Below the pieces are notes generated by a model. That model saw only the letters and a list, made by a program, of their open reading frames with translations. It ran no database searches and had not been told where the DNA came from. 64,000 bases of DNA from Actinomycetota bacterium. Its GTDB lineage: Bacteria > Actinomycetota > CADDZG01 > JAHWKV01. Position numbers and translations under genes: made by a program. The stretch is from assembly GCA_030447305.1 (NCBI GenBank), contig JAUJPC010000003.1:268738-332737 (forward strand). Direction: 5' to 3'. This document shows positions 16,228-24,034 of the stretch, piece after piece; position 1 is the first letter of the stretch, and each line of letters begins with the position of its first letter.

Positions 16228-16466
16228 TCCCCAAATGCCTCGGCCAGGTACTCGTCGTGTTTGACCGAAACGTCGTTTCTGCCGGAGCGGAATCCGCCGA
16301 TTGCTGCGATGGCACGGCCCCTCGCCGAAGAATTCCCGCTGGTCTCCCGAAGGTGTCGGTCCAGTGCGACTCTGATCTCGGCTGCCATCGAAACCCCGTT
16401 GGCGGCGGCCCGACGTTTGAGCTGCTCGAACTGCTCGGGAGTCAGTTGGATTTGAGTCCGAATCAT
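16224..16466 (-). CDS. vapB: VapB-type antitoxin (ribbon-helix-helix)
   Basis: 80 aa; N-terminal TQIQLTPEQFEQLKRRAAANGVSMAAEIRVAL is RHH-like; 4-nt overlap with vapC. Confidence 0.7.
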   Translation of the reverse strand: MIRTQIQLTPEQFEQLKRRAAANGVSMAAEIRVALDRHLRETSGNSSARGRAIAAIGGFRSGRNDVSVKHDEYLAEAFGD

Positions 16467-16711
16467 GCTTACATGTTAGCGCAATAATGTCGGCATGTTA
16501 TCTCCCCTTCAAAGGCCTCACTTCCTTGCGCAATAGAAAGGGACCCCCTGCGGGGTGGAAGACCGATCCAGACGTTTCAATGACCGGTATGTAACGGAGC
16601 GTGGTCTATATTGGGGGAACCCAACGAAGCCCATGCGAAGGAGAGCTCCCATTCCACTTTGTCCCCGCTGCTTTTCGATCCTCTCCTCGCCTGAGTATCG
16701 GAGGGTTCCCA

Positions 16712-17338
16712 ATGGCGCGTGACGCCTCCCGAGACCTGTCGTCACCGTCCGGTCAGTCCGCTCGCCGGGACCGCTCGAAGCGGCGGGCGATCATAGTCGG
16801 ACTGGTGCTCCTGCAGATCGCTGCGGCCGGATTCCTCCTGGTGAATCGCACGAACTCCGGCGCCGAGCCGGACTCCGAAGCTGCGACCACGGCCGAAGCG
16901 GCCCTCAGAGAGGGGGCAAAGGCTCAGACGGAGGGCCGGGCGGACGAGGCGGAAAGAGCCTTCCTGCGAGCGCTCGAATTGGATCCAAACAACAAGATTG
17001 CGCGGTACAACCTGGGGGTTCTCGAGGAGAGCAAGGGACCCGGCAACAAGGCGGAAGAGTATTACATGAGAGCTCTGGCCATCGATCCAAACTTTGTGCC
17101 CGCGCTGTTCAATCTGGCCGTTCGGCGAGATGCGGCCGGCCAGCCTCAGGAAGCCGCCGACCTGTACCGAAAGATCATAGAGTTGGATCCCGCTATGGCG
17201 AAGGCGCATCTCAATCTGGGTTTTGTGCTCCTCAGAAAGCTGAATCAGAAGGAAGAAGGTCGCCGTGAGCTCCTAAAGGCAATAATCCTTGACGAGAGCC
17301 TAAGCTCGCGAGTGTCAAAGGAGGACCTGCAGTCATAG
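16712..17338 (+). CDS. membrane-anchored tetratricopeptide-repeat (TPR) protein
   Basis: N-terminal Arg-rich segment plus TM helix (AIIVGLVLLQIAAAGFLLV), followed by 4-5 TPR units (AERAFLRALELDPNN…, YYMRALAIDPNF…, DLYRKIIELDPAM…). Confidence 0.75.
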   Translation: MARDASRDLSSPSGQSARRDRSKRRAIIVGLVLLQIAAAGFLLVNRTNSGAEPDSEAATTAEAALREGAKAQTEGRADEAERAFLRALELDPNNKIARYNLGVLEESKGPGNKAEEYYMRALAIDPNFVPALFNLAVRRDAAGQPQEAADLYRKIIELDPAMAKAHLNLGFVLLRKLNQKEEGRRELLKAIILDESLSSRVSKEDLQS

Positions 17339-17536
17339 TTGGTCAGCCCTAAAACAGACTGTCGGTGGCGGGTGTGCGGGGCTTACCCACTGGTCGCAAC
17401 CTTGCTGATAATTCCACCACCGCCGAAGGCCTCTTTTTGCTTGTATAAACGATAGGTGGCGGGTAGAGTTGCCAGGCGACTTGGAATATGTTCGAAATCT
17501 AGTTCGTATCGACTTAACCACGCTTGGAGGTAGTGA

Positions 17537-18451
17537 ATGAAGAGCAGGAAAAGCTTAGCGATCCTGGTGGGGACGGCGGTGTTGGCGACCATGACCTATG
17601 TGGGTCCGGTTTTCGCCGTCGGCAATGTGAACCCCACCCAGACGCAGAATCAGACGAGTAACAACCAGAGTGGTGATACTGGTGACACAGGTGCCGCCGC
17701 CACCGGCCAAGCGGCCAGCGGTGGCGCAGGCACCGGTAGCGCCGACAGCGGTGACAGTACCGGCGGTGCGGCGAGGGCCCGCGGTGGGCCCGGCGGCGAC
17801 AGCGGCAACGCAACTGGCGGCAACGCAACTGGCGGCAACGGTGGTAGCGCTACCAGCGGTCCTGCCGGCCATGGAGGAATCGTGAAATCGGGCGACGGCG
17901 GTGGCGGTGGCGCCACCGGCGGAAGCGGACACTGGGCAGGTGCTAACAACAGCGGCGGTAACGGCGGAGCGAGCAGCGCCTCCTGTGACGGATGCAATGG
18001 CGGCGCCAGCGGTACCGCAGTCGGCGGCGACGGAGCCGAGGTAACAGGCGGTAGCGCGGTGAGCGGCCCGAGTGGCGCCGGCGGCGCTGCCGACAGCCGA
18101 GGAGGCGACGCCACTTCGGGCAACGCCACTTCGGGCGACGCCACTTCGGGCGACGCCACTTCGGGCGACGCCACTTCGGGCGACTCCGGCGACTCGAACG
18201 CCAATGCTGATGTTACGGGCCCCGTTGGACAGCTGGGTCCGATCGACGTCACCGAGACCACCACGACGATCAACACGACGATTACGAGGATTATTAGGAT
18301 TATTGATGTCGACGTCGACGACGACGACGTTGTTGTCCCCCCCGATGAGGAAGAGGAGTGTGAAGGGGAGCTTGTCACCGTAGAGATTCCGGTCCTAGTC
18401 CTGGACATCCTTGAACTGGTAATAGTTGATCTCTGCGTCGAAGTCCTTTAG
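17537..18451 (+). CDS. secreted Gly/Ser/Thr/Asp-rich low-complexity repeat protein with acidic/hydrophobic C-terminal tail
   Basis: Sec-type signal peptide (MKSRKSLAILVGTAVLATMTYVGPVFAVG). The body is ~75% G/S/T/A/D/N with five 15-bp tandem repeats (GDATS/GNATS). C-terminus is …TTTTINTTITRIIRIIDVDVDDDDVVVPPDEEEECEGELVTVEIPVLVLDILELVIVDLCVEVL. GGAGG RBS; terminator downstream. Confidence 0.6.
   Translation: MKSRKSLAILVGTAVLATMTYVGPVFAVGNVNPTQTQNQTSNNQSGDTGDTGAAATGQAASGGAGTGSADSGDSTGGAARARGGPGGDSGNATGGNATGGNGGSATSGPAGHGGIVKSGDGGGGGATGGSGHWAGANNSGGNGGASSASCDGCNGGASGTAVGGDGAEVTGGSAVSGPSGAGGAADSRGGDATSGNATSGDATSGDATSGDATSGDSGDSNANADVTGPVGQLGPIDVTETTTTINTTITRIIRIIDVDVDDDDVVVPPDEEEECEGELVTVEIPVLVLDILELVIVDLCVEVL
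18104..18178 (+). repeat. 5 x 15-bp perfect/near-perfect tandem repeat (GGCGACGCCACTTCG / GGCAACGCCACTTCG) inside the repeat-protein gene
   Basis: Direct reading of nt 18104-18178; encodes (G[DN]ATS)5. A second 2x15-bp repeat (GGCAACGCAACTGGC) lies at ~17806-17835. Confidence 0.85.
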
Positions 18452-18522
18452 CGACTGATTTAGTCGGTTGCGTAGGGGCTCCAAGTGAGAAGCAACTTGT
18501 CGTAACGCTGGCAATCAACTGC

Positions 18523-18559
18523 AAGCGGGTCTCCGATCGGAGACCCGCTTGGTTTTTGG
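18523..18559 (+). terminator. rho-independent terminator after the repeat-protein gene
   Basis: AAGCGGGTCTCC-GATC-GGAGACCCGCTT hairpin followed by GGTTTTTGG. Confidence 0.7.
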
Positions 18560-18610
18560 ACCCTGCATTGGATGCGGCGAAGATGGGTGACTTTCCAACA
18601 ACGTGGGCCG

Positions 18611-18648
18611 ATAGTTTGTAGTACAAACTATTGGTTTCGCCTATAATC
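18611..18648 (+). promoter_or_regulatory. MarR operator candidate: perfect 10-bp inverted repeat ATAGTTTGTA-g-TACAAACTAT (18611-18631) next to a consensus -10 TATAAT (18643-18648)
   Basis: Palindrome and TATAAT read directly; the ATG at 18655 lies ~7 nt after the -10, implying a leaderless marR transcript. Confidence 0.5.
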
Positions 18649-18654
18649 TCTAGT

Positions 18655-19158
18655 ATGTCTGAATTAAGCGGTGTCCGGGAAACGCCCCTCGCCCTGGCCG
18701 ACGACCTGGGCCTGATGCTCTCCCGGCTCGGGACCGTCACCCGGCTACGTATGGCAGAGGCCCTGACGCCGCTGGGAGTGACGATGCGTCAGTTCGCCAT
18801 CCTGCGAGCTCTTGCGGCGGACGAGGGTATGTCGCAGGCGGCGCTCGGTGAGCGCCTTCAGATAGATCCCAGCTCCATAGTCCTGGTGCTCGACGACTGT
18901 CAAAAGGCCGGCTGGGTGGAGCGCCGGTCCAGTCCCACGGATCGCCGCCGGTATGCCATCCACCTCACTCCGGCAGGACGGCGGGTGCTGGTGCGAGCTC
19001 AGGAAGCCGCATCGAAGGCGCAGGCTGAGCTGTTCGCTCCCCTTGGACCGGACCAGCGCAGCCAGCTGCAGGAGCTGCTTCTGCTGCTGGTTCAATCCGG
19101 TCAGGTCGTCTCGTCGCCCACCGGTGCGCCGGATTCCCGCTCGGTGGCCTCCGCTTAG
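18655..19158 (+). CDS. MarR-family transcriptional regulator
   Basis: winged-HTH region LTPLGVTMRQFAILRALAADEGMSQAALGERLQIDPSSIVLVLDDCQKAGWVERRSSPTDRRRYAIHLTPAGR. The ORF-track start at 18631 would precede the -10 box. Confidence 0.85.
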   Translation: MSELSGVRETPLALADDLGLMLSRLGTVTRLRMAEALTPLGVTMRQFAILRALAADEGMSQAALGERLQIDPSSIVLVLDDCQKAGWVERRSSPTDRRRYAIHLTPAGRRVLVRAQEAASKAQAELFAPLGPDQRSQLQELLLLLVQSGQVVSSPTGAPDSRSVASA

Positions 19159-19161
19159 GCC

Positions 19162-19800
19162 ATGGAGACTTCGATGATTCTCGAGCCGGCGCCTTCACCG
19201 ACGAAGCACGCCGGCGGGATGCTGCCGCCGGCGGCCGGAGTGTTTGCCGGAGCAGTTATCTTCGACGCCCTGCCCGCCGCGCAGGCGGCGGTTGGTCTGT
19301 GGGCATGGGTCTGGATGGCCGCAGGTTTTGGCTTGATGGCCGCATCCAGCCGGGTCGCCGGGGGCTCCAGGCTGGGATTGGCCGCCTGGATCGCAAGTGC
19401 CGGAGTATGGCTCCACTCGCTTCTCGAAGGCGTTGCCGCAGGCGCCGGGATGGGGTTGCAGCTGGGAGGCGGAATGCTCCTGGTAATGGGCCTTCTCGTC
19501 CACTTGGTCCCGGAAAGCGCAGCTCTGTTTGCCCTGGCAACCGAAGCTGGGTGGTCGCCAAAGCTGGCTCTTGTCCGGTGCGCCGTCACCTGGGGACTGG
19601 TCGTGGCAGGATTCCTCGCAGCGCAGCTTACGATCGGACAGCTGCCGTCCCGGCCGATGGGTGCGGCGATGGGTTTGGCGGCAGGTACCTTCACCTTTCT
19701 CGCCGGGGTCTTATGGCAGCAGCGCACCCGCGGCCCCCGACACGCCTGGGTGGGAGCGCTGCTAGGTTTCCTGTGGGTTGCCGCTATTCACCTGTACTGA
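19162..19800 (+). CDS. ZIP-family (ZupT-like) divalent metal cation transporter, short form
   Basis: 212-aa polytopic membrane protein with two H-x-x-x-E-G/S motifs (HSLLEG, HLVPES) as in ZIP transporters; 3 nt downstream of marR. Confidence 0.5.
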   Translation: METSMILEPAPSPTKHAGGMLPPAAGVFAGAVIFDALPAAQAAVGLWAWVWMAAGFGLMAASSRVAGGSRLGLAAWIASAGVWLHSLLEGVAAGAGMGLQLGGGMLLVMGLLVHLVPESAALFALATEAGWSPKLALVRCAVTWGLVVAGFLAAQLTIGQLPSRPMGAAMGLAAGTFTFLAGVLWQQRTRGPRHAWVGALLGFLWVAAIHLY

Positions 19801-19846
19801 GAATCCCAACAGCGGTTCACATGTCCCGTGATCTGCCGGCCGTACC

Positions 19847-22744
19847 TCAAGAGTCAGCCAGCACGCTGTTCGTTCGGTTCTTGAACGACGAGCCGTAGCG
19901 CACCTCGAACTCCATCTCCCGGTCCAGCGACCCGCTCCACTTCAGGTGGTTGCCCACCAACCGCAGGGAGGGGGAGTGGCTGTACACGAAGGCGCCCTTG
20001 GGAAGGGTGATCTCGACCTCCATCCGGTCGGGGTGCAGGTTCGGCTGGTGCTGGACGACCAGCTTGTACCGTCCCGACCTGGGCAGCGAGGTCTGGGTAT
20101 TGACCGCTAACCTCCCGCTGCTCTGGGGCGGAATCTCCAGGAACTTCGAAGCAACCCCCAAGCCCAGCTCGTTGGTACTCTCGACACCACTGGGTTCACC
20201 GTTCAGCAGGGCCTCCGTAACGAAGGCCTTCATCGGAAGGTAGATCGACGTGAACGTCCGGTTGAGGCCCGGTGAATCGTTCGGCAGAACCGGTCCCATG
20301 ATGTAACCCGGCTTGGCGCCTCGGGGGGCGCGGTTGGAGATCTGAACCTCCACCCGGCCCCTGACATTCGTCGGGTTGGTGAGGTCGACCTTGTACGAGA
20401 CACGCCGCTGAGCGTAGTAGTCCACCTTGTTGCCGGCCGCGTTCTGTCCCACGACCATAAGGTAGTCCGCATCGTCGGCCGGACGTCGAAGCGCCCCGGC
20501 CAGCCCCAGGCGCTTCAGCCGATCCAGCTCACCCGGACTCCAGATCTGGATGCGTTTGGTCGCGACCAACTCGCCCATTGGCACCATAAGTGACGTCGGG
20601 TTGGAAAAGTTGCCGGACACCAGCCGGCTCCATACCTCCCGGCCCACCGGCAGCAGGAAATTTGAGCGGTCCTCTTTGTTCGGGAACCGCAGATAGGCCT
20701 CGTTCAGTGCGAGGTCGAGGAAGTTATCGGAGGTGATTGCTCCGATGTCGGCGACGTCGATCGGACCCACGACATCGAGGAGGCGGTTCAAGCCGACCGC
20801 ATCGATCGCTATCACTCCGTCTATGTGCCGGCCCGTCGCCTGCTTGTACATCGCTGCCTGCACCCCGGCGGCGGTCGGGAAGTCCGGGGTCATGTTCGTG
20901 CTGGTCCAATAGGTCCGCGAGTAAAACTTGTCGTAATTCATCGCGAACTCCTCGGGTGCAGCAACCGGTGATCTCACAGGGGGCAGGTCGTTGTTGGTGG
21001 CAAAGCGCTCAAGCGTGAGCTTGCCGTTGTCGGCGCTGAGGATTCCGAAGGCGCCCAGGAATCCGCCGGTCGCCCGCAGCTCTACCGGATTTTGGAGAGC
21101 CAGAAACCAGGTCCGCTTGGTTCCATCGGCAAAGAAGTGGGGAAGTAACGCAGCCGCATCGCTGGCCTTCTCCAGCGTCTGGGTTGCCGCTTGTCCCTCG
21201 CGCAGAAACTTCTCACGGGCCCCCTTGATCGGCGGCAAGAGAACGCCGTCGGCGGCCCGCACGTCGGCCAGAGCGAGGTTGCCGGCCACCGCAGCCGTTG
21301 CCAGCTGTTTGGCGGCAAGTGGCCAGGGCTCGGTGTTGAGGCGGCCCTGGGTAAACCCGATCTCCGGGCCCGCCGGACCTACGGGGAAAAGTGCAGCAGC
21401 ATCGAGTGCCTGCTCAGCCGCCTGGGCGAGGAGGCGCGCGCTCTTGGCCAGAGCCGTGGCGGCCTGGATGTTGTCGCCGACTACAGGCAGGGCTCGCGCC
21501 GGCAGGGTCACCGGCCAGGACAGCTTGGACTCGGCGCTAGAAGCCAGCTCCCCCCCTGTGACGAAGGCAGCCCGGGCTGCGGCAACGTTGAAGGAGGCAG
21601 CGTGGGCCTTGGCCTGGGTGAACGCCTTCTGCGCTCCGCGAAGATCCCACGCTGCTGCTAACGCAGCGGGCATGGAAAGAGCGACGATGGCGGCCGCCGT
21701 GAGCATCAAATAGCGCAGTATCGGGGCGCCTCGGCGGGTCCGAACGGGTTCCCGTCCCTCGATCGCACGCAGGCCGATACCTATCAGAGCGAAGAAGCCA
21801 AGAGTGAAGAAGAGGATTTCCGGGCCGGTGGCCAAGGCCACGGCAACCGAGCCGGTAGTAGCGAGGGCGGCCAGGCCGTGGAAACGGGCGACCTTCCGCG
21901 TCGAGAATCCCATGCGGAACAATCGGTGCGAGATGTGGTCGATGCCTCCGGCGAAAAGAGGCCTGCCGGTGCCCACCCGGCCGAGGATCGCCACGGCTGA
22001 ATCGGTCGCAGGAACCGCCAGGGCGGCCAGCGCCGCGATGGGTGCCCAGCGTGGACCGAAGTAGAGACCGACCTTCAGTGCGGTGGCGCCCAGCACAAAC
22101 CCGATGAACTCCGGGGCGCCCGCTCCCAGATAGACCTTGGCCCGCTTGTGGTTGTAGGGAATGAATCCAATGGCGGCACCGCACAGCCCGACAGCTGGAA
22201 CTGCTACCTCCGGAGTGCCTCCCATAAAGGCGATGAACACCAATCCTGCGGCGATCGCGGCAGTGGTGTAGCCGGCCACTCCGTTCATGTTGTCCAGCAT
22301 GTTGAGGGCGTTGGCCGCACCGACCAGCAGGAAAACCGTTATCAGCCACCCCGAGAAGCCGGGGAGCGCCGGCCGAAACTCCTGCCACCAAACCAATGTG
22401 GCCACCGACGCCTGAAGCGTGCCCACCAACCCCGGGTGCCACTTTGTGTGCCGGCGTTTGTTATTCCGATAGGTGATCGCCAACATGCCGACGGCGCCGC
22501 CGAGAATGAACAGAGCCGAGCGGTCCAGCCCGCCCCCCACCAGGACGCCGGCCACCGTCGCGACGCACAAAGCAGGCCCGCCGAGGTAGCTGATCTTTCG
22601 GCTGCTCCGACTGCTGCGGAAGAACCGGGGCTGCACCACCATCTTGAGGTGGGCGCCTACCGTTACGGCGATGGGCATCAAAATGAGGCTGAGGGTAAGG
22701 GCAATGAGGAATGCGAGCGCAGTTTGGCCTGCCACCCCGCTCAT
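19847..22744 (-). CDS. fusion protein: N-terminal MraY/WecA-type polyprenyl-phosphate HexNAc-1-phosphate transferase (GT4 PNPT) + C-terminal DUF4012 domain
   Basis: N-terminal ~340 aa polytopic with NALNMLDNMNGVAGY and GGIDHISHRL motifs. C-terminal ~600 aa contains the DUF4012 signature LALQNPVELRATGGFLGAFGILSADNGKLTLERFATNNDLPP. Confidence 0.8.
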   Translation of the reverse strand: MSGVAGQTALAFLIALTLSLILMPIAVTVGAHLKMVVQPRFFRSSRSSRKISYLGGPALCVATVAGVLVGGGLDRSALFILGGAVGMLAITYRNNKRRHTKWHPGLVGTLQASVATLVWWQEFRPALPGFSGWLITVFLLVGAANALNMLDNMNGVAGYTTAAIAAGLVFIAFMGGTPEVAVPAVGLCGAAIGFIPYNHKRAKVYLGAGAPEFIGFVLGATALKVGLYFGPRWAPIAALAALAVPATDSAVAILGRVGTGRPLFAGGIDHISHRLFRMGFSTRKVARFHGLAALATTGSVAVALATGPEILFFTLGFFALIGIGLRAIEGREPVRTRRGAPILRYLMLTAAAIVALSMPAALAAAWDLRGAQKAFTQAKAHAASFNVAAARAAFVTGGELASSAESKLSWPVTLPARALPVVGDNIQAATALAKSARLLAQAAEQALDAAALFPVGPAGPEIGFTQGRLNTEPWPLAAKQLATAAVAGNLALADVRAADGVLLPPIKGAREKFLREGQAATQTLEKASDAAALLPHFFADGTKRTWFLALQNPVELRATGGFLGAFGILSADNGKLTLERFATNNDLPPVRSPVAAPEEFAMNYDKFYSRTYWTSTNMTPDFPTAAGVQAAMYKQATGRHIDGVIAIDAVGLNRLLDVVGPIDVADIGAITSDNFLDLALNEAYLRFPNKEDRSNFLLPVGREVWSRLVSGNFSNPTSLMVPMGELVATKRIQIWSPGELDRLKRLGLAGALRRPADDADYLMVVGQNAAGNKVDYYAQRRVSYKVDLTNPTNVRGRVEVQISNRAPRGAKPGYIMGPVLPNDSPGLNRTFTSIYLPMKAFVTEALLNGEPSGVESTNELGLGVASKFLEIPPQSSGRLAVNTQTSLPRSGRYKLVVQHQPNLHPDRMEVEITLPKGAFVYSHSPSLRLVGNHLKWSGSLDREMEFEVRYGSSFKNRTNSVLADS

Positions 22745-22950
22745 TTAGAGGCCAAACTTACTGCAGACATCGTCCAGATGGCACGCTGTCGACAAGCTTT
22801 AACAGTCATTTCCGATTGCCGCCCTTAGGGTTGAATGGGGCGCTGCGACTTTTCGGTAGGCCCTCTCTTCCGCCGACCCAACCTAACGCAATTTCAAAAA
22901 GTAGCCTCGATTTGCACCCCTCACGACAGACGAGTGTTTGGAGACCAAGT

Positions 22951-23388
22951 TTATGGTCCGCTCTTTTCGTGGCTATCGAGCCAGCGGACTACGGATTGGG
23001 CGTAGAGCCTGAATTCCTCCAGTGCCAGGGGGATTGCAGCGTGGACGCGTCGGTCGTCAATGCCCCCGTATTCGTGTACCAACGCATTTCTCAAGCCTGC
23101 TGAGGGCTTGAGCCGCTCTCCGAGATCGAAAGGAATGACGGCGCATCGAACCATGGCGTGAAACGAGTCGGTGTAGTCGGTAGGGGGTAGGCCCTCGATC
23201 TCGGTCACAATGTGCGTGTTGATGTCGGCAGCCACCTCGACTATTAGTTGCAGTAGTCGTTCGATAGCTCTCAGGCGATCTCCTCCCATGAGATATTCCG
23301 CGAGGGTGATGTTGCGGTGCGCATCAAGCTCTCGCAGGTACCGGTGAAGCATCGCAAGCTTTTGCCGGACGAGATCTGGCCTGACCAT
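22951..23388 (-). CDS. hepT: HepT-like toxin (DUF86, nucleotidyltransferase-substrate-binding fold)
   Basis: RX4HXY motif (RNALVHEY) near the C-terminus; shares a start/stop junction with the upstream MNT gene. Confidence 0.75.
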   Translation of the reverse strand: MVRPDLVRQKLAMLHRYLRELDAHRNITLAEYLMGGDRLRAIERLLQLIVEVAADINTHIVTEIEGLPPTDYTDSFHAMVRCAVIPFDLGERLKPSAGLRNALVHEYGGIDDRRVHAAIPLALEEFRLYAQSVVRWLDSHEKSGP

Positions 23389-23762
23389 TACCCGTATTCG
23401 GCCCTCAGGCTGTCGGCCTGGAAACGCCTGAACTTCTCTGTGTCCATATAGCGCTTGAAGGCTCGGAGTCGAAACCTTTCGAAAGTACCCGGCTCGATCT
23501 CGAATTGAGGGACGCCATCAAGCGCTACCTCTTTCAGTAGAAGCGTGCCGGCTCGGTTCAAGCAGACCAAGTCCAGGTGATCGTCGCCCCCCAGCGCCGG
23601 CCGGACCTGGTCCAAACTTCGGTGGTCCAGGGGAGTTCCAGGCAAGAAGAGCACGCCGACATCGAGGTCGCTATCGGGCCGGCCGCTTCCTCGAGCCCGA
23701 GAGCCAAAAACAATCACCATCTCAACGCCCATCGTTGCCAGAGCGTCTTTATTGATCTTCAT
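23388..23762 (-). CDS. mnt: MNT-type minimal nucleotidyltransferase antitoxin
   Basis: GSRARG…SDLDVGV (GSX9-10DXD) nucleotidyltransferase motif. Start taken at MKINKDAL (ATG at 23762); the ORF-track N-terminal extension is rejected. Confidence 0.75.
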   Translation of the reverse strand: MKINKDALATMGVEMVIVFGSRARGSGRPDSDLDVGVLFLPGTPLDHRSLDQVRPALGGDDHLDLVCLNRAGTLLLKEVALDGVPQFEIEPGTFERFRLRAFKRYMDTEKFRRFQADSLRAEYG

Positions 23763-23943
23763 CTGATCAGGATAAGTTGCTGGGACGTTTTCCCCAGATT
23801 TTAAGAAATAGACAGGTCGAGACCAACGAGATGTATATCGTGTTCCTGGCAAATGAAATGTGCTACATGCCACTGAAAGTGGCCACTAACCTTCTCTAAA
23901 GCAGTTCTGTCGATTAGGATGCAACCCGTCAAGCCGAGGAGGT

Positions 23944-24024
23944 GGGGAACATCAAGCGTTCCCCGGCAAGAACAAAGGTAAGACGCGGGGAACATCAAGC
24001 GTTCCCCGGCAAGAACAAAGGTAA
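23944..24024 (+). repeat. two tandem 38-bp direct repeats (GGGGAACATCAAGCGTTCCCCGGCAAGAACAAAGGTAA), each with a 7-bp-stem hairpin, separated by 5 nt, in the 5' leader of the priming sugar-transferase gene
   Basis: Copies at 23944-23981 and 23987-24024 are identical. Each contains the inverted repeat GGGGAAC-atcaagc-GTTCCCC. The repeat is followed by an AAGGAG RBS and the TTG start at 24035. Confidence 0.8.
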
Positions 24025-24034
24025 AAGGAGAGAC

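Noticed and set aside
16467-16560. Imperfect repeats (CATGTTA…CATGTTA) in the vapB upstream region, considered as a VapB operator
   Set aside because: The inverted symmetry is poor, so I could not define a convincing palindrome.
18104-18178. Short tandem direct repeats (15-bp x5) and the 38-bp x2 repeat at 23944..24024, considered as a possible CRISPR array
   Set aside because: The units are contiguous with no unique spacers, only 2-5 copies, no leader or cas genes. The first lies inside an ORF and encodes peptide repeats.
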